From a virus, in IMG/VR virus record IMGVR_UViG_3300034101_006340, positions 1-64,000 of that record: 64,000 nucleotides of DNA. One strand, given 5' to 3'. Every line of letters begins with the position of its first letter. Positions within the stretch are counted from its first letter, which is position 1. The notes under the pieces were generated by a model that was not told the origin of the DNA, did not search any database, and saw only the letters and a list, made by a program, of their open reading frames with translations. Positions 57,074 through 64,000 of this stretch are shown one piece after another. Position numbers and translations under genes: made by a program.

Positions 57074-58082
57074 AGAGGATGTTAAGAAAAATTTTGGTGC
57101 CGACATCATATTGTCTGCTACGTCAATAGTAGATAAAGATTTAATTACTATACCGGTTAGTCCATCATTAGATATTGTTCTCAATGGTGGTATTCCAGAA
57201 GGCAGTTTCGTAATCTTTACTGGACAACCAAAATGCGGAAAAACCACAACCTCATTAGACTTCGCTGCTACGGCACAAAAACCAGAATATCAAGGAGATC
57301 TTAAAAAACCAAGGCATGTGTATTACCTAAATATCGAAGGTAGATTGAAAAAAAGAGATCTTGAAGGCATACCTGGATTAGATCTTAATAGATTTGATGT
57401 TATAGGATCTCAACAAGGCAAAATTTTACACGCAGAAGAATATCTTCAAATAGCAGAAAGATTGATTAACGAAGAACCTGGGTGTGTTCTTATCATCGAC
57501 TCATATTCTGCTTTATGTACTGAAGCAGAAATTACTAGCGATATGGATAAAATGCAAAGAGCTGATGGCGCAAAATTATTAGCTAAGTTTTGTAGAAAAG
57601 TAGCTAACGTTATTCCTGTTAATAAAAATATTGTTATTGGTATCACTCATCTTATGGGTAATCCTGGATACGGTAATGTTGAGTGGAAAGAAAAGAGTGG
57701 TCAGGCCATAGCATATCAAACAGACGTAAAACTAAAAGCAAAAATGTTCACCGCTTGGAGAGCAACTGCTGAAGGTCCGCAAATTGGGCAAGAAGTAGAT
57801 TGGCAAGTGTTGTGTTCTGCATTGGGGCCTCCGGGTGGAACCATAAAAAGCTATATACGATATGGTTTTGGAATAGATAAAGCCATGGAACTGGCTATGC
57901 TTTGTATAGATTTTGGACTTATAAATAAAAGCGGGGCTTGGTATACTTTAACATCAGTAGAAGACAAACCCAAATTTCAAGGCACCGAAAAAATAAGACA
58001 ATATATCTATGATAATCCAGAGGTATTTAAAAGCTTATCAGAAGCACTATATGAAACTATGGGCATCAAATGCAGCAAGTAA
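57063..58082 (+). CDS. recA: RecA/UvsX-like recombinase
   Basis: LNGGIPEG, GQPKCGKTT, IIDS, GGxxI, GAWY. Confidence 0.88.
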   Translation: MTVKEDVKKNFGADIILSATSIVDKDLITIPVSPSLDIVLNGGIPEGSFVIFTGQPKCGKTTTSLDFAATAQKPEYQGDLKKPRHVYYLNIEGRLKKRDLEGIPGLDLNRFDVIGSQQGKILHAEEYLQIAERLINEEPGCVLIIDSYSALCTEAEITSDMDKMQRADGAKLLAKFCRKVANVIPVNKNIVIGITHLMGNPGYGNVEWKEKSGQAIAYQTDVKLKAKMFTAWRATAEGPQIGQEVDWQVLCSALGPPGGTIKSYIRYGFGIDKAMELAMLCIDFGLINKSGAWYTLTSVEDKPKFQGTEKIRQYIYDNPEVFKSLSEALYETMGIKCSK

Positions 58083-58492
58083 TTGATCTAGATGGTAATA
58101 CTCAAAATTGGAGCTTGACAGGAGGCATAGCCCATGGTAAAATGAATAATAAGTCCGATCTGCATTTAAAAGCTCGTGGACTATTAAAAGAATGTTTTCC
58201 AACTTTTCAGATTTTGGAAGAACTTCCAATACCGCTCAGAAAATCGGAAACATTATATCTAGATTTTTATTTACCTCTACTTAAAAAATGCATAGAAGTA
58301 CATGGATCTCAACACTATAAATTTACGGCATTTTACCATGTTAATATGATGGGATTTGCTAAACATAAAAAAAGAGACAAAGAAAAACAGGAGTGGTGTG
58401 AAATAAATAATATTGAATACATAGAACTGCCTTTTGACAAAACTATTGAAGAATGGAAAGAAATAATAACAAATGAATACAAAAACCAGTAA
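58070..58492 (+). CDS. PD-(D/E)XK/Vsr-like endonuclease
   Basis: YLDFYLP, IEVHGSQH, RDKEK..WC..N. Confidence 0.75.
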   Translation: MQQVIDLDGNTQNWSLTGGIAHGKMNNKSDLHLKARGLLKECFPTFQILEELPIPLRKSETLYLDFYLPLLKKCIEVHGSQHYKFTAFYHVNMMGFAKHKKRDKEKQEWCEINNIEYIELPFDKTIEEWKEIITNEYKNQ

Positions 58493-58964
58493 AGAAGAAG
58501 TATCAGAATGGGATAAAATTCTGGACGAATACGAAACCTCTGTCGGTATGCCAAAATATGTATCAGATTCTATGCCGGAATCCGAGCTTAATGACTATCT
58601 TACGATGTCACGAGACTCTTTAGAAAAATTAACTGTTGAAGACTGCGGACAAATAGCGTATCGATTGGGCCAATTTGCTTTCCATATACAGCGTACTATT
58701 AATAGAGAAACGGCAAGATTTAATTGGGCAGAGGAAACAATTAAAGAAATTATTGCTGACGATATTAATAACTATAAGGGATATGGTTATGTGGAAAAAT
58801 CTTCACAGGCTATCAAACACAATGACAAAGCAGCTTCTTTGCAAAAAATAAAGAAATATGCTAAACAAAGATCCGACAGGTTAACATATATAGCTTCGTC
58901 AGTTAAAAACTTATCAGATATTTTACTTTCTATTATAAGACTTAAGGGTATGAAACATGGATAA
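58473..58964 (+). CDS. Helical coiled-coil protein (possible recombination mediator)
   Basis: Helical composition; position between recA-like and dnaB genes. Confidence 0.5.
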   Translation: MNTKTSKEEVSEWDKILDEYETSVGMPKYVSDSMPESELNDYLTMSRDSLEKLTVEDCGQIAYRLGQFAFHIQRTINRETARFNWAEETIKEIIADDINNYKGYGYVEKSSQAIKHNDKAASLQKIKKYAKQRSDRLTYIASSVKNLSDILLSIIRLKGMKHG

Positions 58965-59352
58965 TTTATCTCCAGATCAGATCAAACAGATGATTAGTAT
59001 GTTGCAGGCTATGCTTACAAAGGATACTATATCTGAGCCAAATGATGAGCCCGCACAATCCACTCAACAACAAACGAATATAATTAAAACTGTTTCTCCA
59101 AGACAAGTTAATAAAACTGGAAACCTCGTCAATAGATTCGATGAGATGATGGAGTCTAAACTACATCAAGAAGATAGGGCTATAGATCAAGCATTATCTG
59201 TACATTCTCCAACCCCAAGAAACAGAAGATCTTTTGATCCAATAAATGTAGTATGTAGAGTATGTGGAAGAAAAGATTCTGTTAATCCGTCTATGTTGTC
59301 GGATTCTCCAAGTAGATATAAGTGTAATAGTTGCGCTAGGAGCCCAGGATGA
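58957..59352 (+). CDS. Hypothetical protein with C-terminal zinc finger
   Basis: CRVC...CNSC. Confidence 0.65.
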   Translation: MDNLSPDQIKQMISMLQAMLTKDTISEPNDEPAQSTQQQTNIIKTVSPRQVNKTGNLVNRFDEMMESKLHQEDRAIDQALSVHSPTPRNRRSFDPINVVCRVCGRKDSVNPSMLSDSPSRYKCNSCARSPG

Positions 59353-60815
59353 TTTTATCTGATACCGCAGCAGAACGAGCAGTATTAGCCGGTGTCTGCA
59401 AATATGGGGACACTGCATATTTAGAAATAACAGATCTGATTCAAGAATCTACATTTACCATAGATAGTAATAAGATTATATATAAATGCTTAAAAAGAAT
59501 ATTTGAGCAAGAACAAACGCAGTCCATCGATGTTGCTATTATTTTTTCCACGGCAGAAGAACTTGGATTAGCTAACGTATTTGCAAAAAAAGAAGAAACA
59601 CAACACCTAAGAGCGGTTTTAGAATTTCCTGTACATTTAGAAAATGTAAGAAAATTTGCAGCAAGAATACGTAAGTTAGAAATAGCGAGACTATTAAGAC
59701 AACAACTAGATAAAGCACAAGATAAATTATTGGAAGTTACAGGATCAGAGACTATCGGTTCTATTCTGGGTATAGCAGAAGAGGCTATTTTCGACTTCTC
59801 CTCTTTGTTAAATGACACAGACAATAACCCAGCAACCATTGGAGACAAACTAGAGGAATATATAGATCAACTTATTAATAGTCCAATTGATCAAGTTGGC
59901 ATACCTACAGGATTTCCAGTTTACGACCAAGCTATTGGTGGAGGCTTAAGAAAAAGCACAATTAATGTTATAGCGGCTCGACCCAAAACCGGAAAAACTC
60001 TTTTATCCGATAATATGGGATTTCACATAGCAAATAAACTCAAAATTCCTGTATTAAATATGGATACAGAAATGACCAAGGAAGATCATATTAATCGAGT
60101 AATAGCTATGATGACAGAGATCGAAATTAATGACATCGAAACAGGAAAATTTCAAGATTCGCCAAGCAAGGTGTCGAAAGTAAAGGATGCGGTAGCGTCG
60201 TTAAAAGAAACACCGCTTTATTATAAATCTATTGCTGGTAAACCATTTGAAGATCAGTTGTCTATTATGAGAAGATGGATAGTAAAAGAAGTAGGACTAA
60301 ATGCAGACGGCACAGCAAAGGACTGTGTTATATTCTATGACTACCTAAAGCTAATGGATACGCAGGGTATGACCCAAGATCTTAAAGAATATCAAGTTCT
60401 TGGGTTTATGATGACTGCTCTTCATAATTTTGCTTCCAAGTATAAAGTTCCTGTGGTAGCTTTTGTTCAGCTTAATAGAGACGGCATAACAAAAGAAAGC
60501 ACAGATACAGCGAGTGGTTCTGATAGAATTATATGGCTATGTAGTAATTTCAGTATTTTTAAGCGTAAAACACCAGAAGAAATATCAGAAGATGGACCAG
60601 AAAACGGTAATAGAAAATTGGTGCCATTAGTTAGCAGACATGGCGGAGGATTAGACGATAATGATTATATTAATTGTTATATGCAAGGCTGGTGTGCTAA
60701 GATTGTAGAAGGAAAAACTAGACTAGAATTGGTTAACAACACATCTAAACATTCAGATGGATTTATTATCGATGAAAACAATGAAGAAATCAATCAAGAC
60801 ATCCCGTTCAATTGA
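59349..60815 (+). CDS. dnaB: Replicative DNA helicase
   Basis: AERAVL, GIPTGF, AARPKTGKT, DYLKLM, QLNR, GSDRI. Confidence 0.93.
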   Translation: MILSDTAAERAVLAGVCKYGDTAYLEITDLIQESTFTIDSNKIIYKCLKRIFEQEQTQSIDVAIIFSTAEELGLANVFAKKEETQHLRAVLEFPVHLENVRKFAARIRKLEIARLLRQQLDKAQDKLLEVTGSETIGSILGIAEEAIFDFSSLLNDTDNNPATIGDKLEEYIDQLINSPIDQVGIPTGFPVYDQAIGGGLRKSTINVIAARPKTGKTLLSDNMGFHIANKLKIPVLNMDTEMTKEDHINRVIAMMTEIEINDIETGKFQDSPSKVSKVKDAVASLKETPLYYKSIAGKPFEDQLSIMRRWIVKEVGLNADGTAKDCVIFYDYLKLMDTQGMTQDLKEYQVLGFMMTALHNFASKYKVPVVAFVQLNRDGITKESTDTASGSDRIIWLCSNFSIFKRKTPEEISEDGPENGNRKLVPLVSRHGGGLDDNDYINCYMQGWCAKIVEGKTRLELVNNTSKHSDGFIIDENNEEINQDIPFN

Positions 60816-61935
60816 TCAGTCAAAATTAAAGGTTCTATGCGATGACTTATGTGATCATATAGAAGAGCTATTAGACTATTTTCACTTAGAATATAGATCT
60901 AATGAAAAAATGATCTCTATGTGTTGTCCTATACACGGAGGAGATAATACTGGCGCTATTAATTTATATGTGCAAGGAGATTCTTATAGAGGCAACTGGA
61001 AATGCAGAACCCATAATTGTGAAAAAACATTCAAAGGTTCTATTATAGGATTTATAAGAGGCATTTTATCTCACCATGAACACGGATGGTCCAAAGACGG
61101 AGATGATGTGGTTTCGTTCAATGAGACCATAGATTTTGTCACGGGTTTTCTCAAGAAAAATCTTAAAGATATACATATTTCTAAAACAGAAAAAGATAAA
61201 CAAAAATTTTCGACAACTATAAACAATCTAAAAAACAATGAATCCCCAATACAAAATTTAGTGACTAGACCAACTATAAGATCTAATCTGGTAATACCGG
61301 CTAAATATTACTTAGACAGAGGATACTCTAAAGAAATACTCGACAAGTATGATGTGGGGTTGTGTGATAAGCCCAATAAAGAAATGTCTAATAGGATTGT
61401 TGTTCCAATATATGATCAAAATCATCAACATATGATTGGATGTACAGGTAGAAGCCTATATTCTAAGTGTGATGCCTGTCAGTCTTTTCACAGCTCTGAA
61501 CGCTCTTGTCCGGCTCCACACGAACGATATTTATATTCTAAGTGGAAGCATAGCCTAAACTTTAAAAGCCAGAATGCCCTATATAATATTTGGTATGCTA
61601 GGGATCATATTGAAAAATCTGGTTGTGTTATTTTAGTAGAAAGTCCAGGCAATGTGTGGAGACTAGAAGAAGCAGGAATTCATAGCAGTGTCGCTATGTT
61701 TGGCTGTACTCTAAGCGATAGACAAAAAATTATTCTTGATTCTTCTGGAGCAATGTCTATAGTTATATTGACCGATAATGACGAAGCTGGCCAAAAAGCG
61801 GCTGAACAAATAGATCAAAAATGTAAAAACACCTATAGGATAATCAGGCCATCTATATCAAAAAATGATATTGGCGAAATGTCTATAGAAGAGATTCATA
61901 AAGAAATTAAACCTATACTGGATAAAATACTATGA
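60781..61935 (+). CDS. dnaG: DnaG-type primase
   Basis: CPIH...C..C zinc finger, YYLDRG, LVES, TDNDEAG. Confidence 0.88.
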   Translation: MKKSIKTSRSIDQSKLKVLCDDLCDHIEELLDYFHLEYRSNEKMISMCCPIHGGDNTGAINLYVQGDSYRGNWKCRTHNCEKTFKGSIIGFIRGILSHHEHGWSKDGDDVVSFNETIDFVTGFLKKNLKDIHISKTEKDKQKFSTTINNLKNNESPIQNLVTRPTIRSNLVIPAKYYLDRGYSKEILDKYDVGLCDKPNKEMSNRIVVPIYDQNHQHMIGCTGRSLYSKCDACQSFHSSERSCPAPHERYLYSKWKHSLNFKSQNALYNIWYARDHIEKSGCVILVESPGNVWRLEEAGIHSSVAMFGCTLSDRQKIILDSSGAMSIVILTDNDEAGQKAAEQIDQKCKNTYRIIRPSISKNDIGEMSIEEIHKEIKPILDKIL

Positions 61936-62522
61936 TTATAGCTTTTGCTGGAAGAAAACAATCTGGAAAAACAACTTCGTGTGAATTTATACAAAATTAT
62001 GCTAATGGTATACTAAAGCCTTTTAATTCTGTAAAGATTTACAATTTTGCCGACCCTTTGAAACAAGATGTTTGTATGAACATATTAGGTTTGACCAAAG
62101 AACAGTGCTATGGTACAGATGACCAGAAGAATGAATTAGTTAATTGTTATTGGGATAATAAACAATTGTCTGCCAGAGAAGTTATGCAAATGGTTGGTAC
62201 CGATATGTTCAGGAACATGCAAAAAAATGTTTGGTCAGAGGCAACGATCAGAAAAATATTACGTGATAAACCAACGCTCGCTTTGATTGCTGACTGTCGA
62301 TTTCCTAATGAAGTTGATGCTGTGAAAGCGTGTGATGGTGTCGTAATTAAGCTAAATAGAAATCCATATAATTCCGATCATGCTAGTGAAGTAGCTCTTG
62401 ATGAAAACTTATACGACCAATCAAATTTTGATCTTGTTATAAATAATCAAACACTATCGGTCAATGAACAAAATAAATTAATTTATGAATTTCTTACAAA
62501 CAAAGGAATACTACCATTATAA
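61932..62522 (+). CDS. Deoxynucleoside monophosphate kinase
   Basis: GRKQSGKTT, FADPLK, REVMQMVGT, DCRFPNE, HASE. Confidence 0.85.
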   Translation: MIIAFAGRKQSGKTTSCEFIQNYANGILKPFNSVKIYNFADPLKQDVCMNILGLTKEQCYGTDDQKNELVNCYWDNKQLSAREVMQMVGTDMFRNMQKNVWSEATIRKILRDKPTLALIADCRFPNEVDAVKACDGVVIKLNRNPYNSDHASEVALDENLYDQSNFDLVINNQTLSVNEQNKLIYEFLTNKGILPL

Positions 62523-63556
62523 TTACATATCTTCGCAGTAGTTCGTATGGTACACATTCTATGTGTCCAATGCAATACTTTATTGAATATAATTTAGGAC
62601 ATAAATCACCGTCCAATAAAAAAGCAGATAAAGGAACAATATGTCACAAAGTTTTCGAAATACTTGCAGAAATTAAATTAAATACTCAATTTGGTAGGCC
62701 ATATTTTTATGACGATATAATGAACCAAGTAAGTATTGCTGACTATGATTTAGAAAAAATCATTGATCAAGTTTATGATTACTATACATCTCGTTTTACT
62801 CATCATGAGTGGACGAGCCTAGATCTTAGAGATTGTAGAAAGTGGGTTTATAAAGCCTTAGAATATAACGATGGAATGTTTGATCCTAGAAATAGAGAAA
62901 TAGTTAGTTCTGAACAACATTTTGATATAGAGATAAAAAAAGATTGGGCTGCTTATAATTATAAAACAACAGATGGTTTTATTGCTGGAAACTTAGCGAT
63001 CAAAGGAACCATAGACTTAATGACTAAAGTAAACGATAACACTATTGAAATAATAGACTGGAAAACCGGAAGAAGATTAGATTGGGCCACTGGAGAAGAA
63101 AAGACTCTCAGTAAACTACATAGAGATGCTCAATTAATGATATATTTTTATGCTACGCACCACTTATATCCTGATATAGAACACATTATTATTTCTATTA
63201 ATTTTATTAACGACGGCGGAGTATTCTCTGTGTGTTTTGACAGACCCCAAATATATGATGTTGAAATGATGCTACGACATAAATTTGAAACCATAAAAAA
63301 CACATATAATCCAGAACAAAATAAATCATGGAAATGTGGTAAATTATGTCACTTTGGAAAAACAACTTTTGAGAATACCGAATATTTACCGATTATAGAA
63401 TATAGAGATCATCAAGTTACTCAAAAGGGTCGCTTCATGACAAAATGTGAACAAATACATCATGATATTGATGTTAAAGGTTTTAATACGGTGGTTGACG
63501 AATATACAAAAGCAGGATATAGTGTAGGACAATACAAAGCACCAGGAAGCGCATGA
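62516..63556 (+). CDS. Cas4/AddB-like PD-(D/E)XK exonuclease
   Basis: GTIDL...IIDWKTG, QLMIY, N- and C-terminal Cys; probable ATT start at 62516 (first ATG 62561). Confidence 0.85.
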   Translation: MIITYLRSSSYGTHSMCPMQYFIEYNLGHKSPSNKKADKGTICHKVFEILAEIKLNTQFGRPYFYDDIMNQVSIADYDLEKIIDQVYDYYTSRFTHHEWTSLDLRDCRKWVYKALEYNDGMFDPRNREIVSSEQHFDIEIKKDWAAYNYKTTDGFIAGNLAIKGTIDLMTKVNDNTIEIIDWKTGRRLDWATGEEKTLSKLHRDAQLMIYFYATHHLYPDIEHIIISINFINDGGVFSVCFDRPQIYDVEMMLRHKFETIKNTYNPEQNKSWKCGKLCHFGKTTFENTEYLPIIEYRDHQVTQKGRFMTKCEQIHHDIDVKGFNTVVDEYTKAGYSVGQYKAPGSA

Positions 63557-64000
63557 CCATGCCATCATATATACCATTACATGTTCACTCAATGTATTCT
63601 CTTTTGGACGGTCTATCAAAGCCCAGTCAAATCGCAGATCGATGTAAAGAAATTAATGTTAAATCTTGTGCTTTAACAGATCATGGTAATATCGCTGGAT
63701 CTATCAAGTTTTATACCGAAATGAAAAAAAATGGTATTAAACCCATTCTGGGTTGTGAACTATATATATGTAATGAAGACGCAAGTATTCAAGAAAAAAC
63801 CAATAAGTCTCTTAGTCATCTTTTGGTATTAGCAAAAAATCTTAAGGGGTGGAAAAATCTAATACAAATAGTTTCCGAATCAAATCGTCCTGAGTTTTAT
63901 TATCATAAGCCTAGACTTGATCTTAAAAGACTTAAAAATCTTATTGACGGTAATATTATTGGCATATGTGGTCATTTAGGATCTACTCTAGCAGATAAAT
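63553..64000 (+). CDS. dnaE: DNA polymerase III alpha subunit, PHP domain (partial, runs off window)
   Basis: Read by hand: LHVHSMYSLLDG...ALTDHGN...KPILGCELY; absent from the ORF track. Confidence 0.92.
   Translation, partial: MTMPSYIPLHVHSMYSLLDGLSKPSQIADRCKEINVKSCALTDHGNIAGSIKFYTEMKKNGIKPILGCELYICNEDASIQEKTNKSLSHLLVLAKNLKGWKNLIQIVSESNRPEFYYHKPRLDLKRLKNLIDGNIIGICGHLGSTLADK

Noticed and set aside
51676-61935. Inteins or introns in nrdJ, recA, dnaB, dnaG
   Set aside because: ORFs are continuous, of ordinary length, with no splicing motifs noticed
62516-63556. CRISPR-Cas system
   Set aside because: Stand-alone Cas4-like nuclease in a replication block; no repeat-spacer array or other cas genes seen
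1-64000. Bacterial chromosome origin
   Set aside because: rIIA/rIIB, phage-type replication block, dense small ORFans and no ribosomal or housekeeping operons indicate a phage
1-64000. Eukaryotic giant virus origin (SET, GT29, papain, glycosylation genes)
   Set aside because: Shine-Dalgarno sites, sigma70 promoters, sigma factor, DnaE, DnaG and RecA indicate a bacterial host
1-64000. Stop-codon reassignment
   Set aside because: Recognisable proteins are full length in code 11, and TAA, TAG and TGA all end genes at sensible positions

Overview
AT-rich, gene-dense window from a large tailed dsDNA bacteriophage, read in standard code 11 with Shine-Dalgarno sites and sigma70-type promoters. The host cannot be determined from the sequence. 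All product calls come from motif recognition by eye; no database searches were run. 1-24 kb: accessory and host-takeover genes (rIIA/rIIB, RepB-type primase, RuvB with an unusual partner, actin-like ATPase, S8 protease, macro domain, SET domain, GMP reductase, ferritin-like, PAP2, sigma factor, ClpP-like, degenerate DeoC). 24-36 kb: membrane and putative virion block with a papain-like protease, a catalytically dead paralog and a long beta-helix-type protein. 36-51 kb: a divergently transcribed nucleotide-sugar island centred on a palindromic back-to-back promoter. Each arm carries an RpiB-nucleotidyltransferase fusion, a PfkB kinase, a cupin and a HAD phosphatase. The island also holds transketolase, transaldolase, an AraD-like epimerase, SDRs, methyltransferases and GT9/GT2 transferases. 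51-64 kb: nucleotide metabolism and replication core (dCMP deaminase, NrdJ, PhoH, RecA-like, DnaB, DnaG, dNMP kinase, Cas4-like nuclease, partial DnaE). The sugar island is the best candidate for an undescribed system. Runners-up are a zinc-finger/RuvA-domain-III partner for RuvB, an orphan GT29-like transferase, the actin-like gene pair, the live/dead protease pair and two structured intergenic RNAs.
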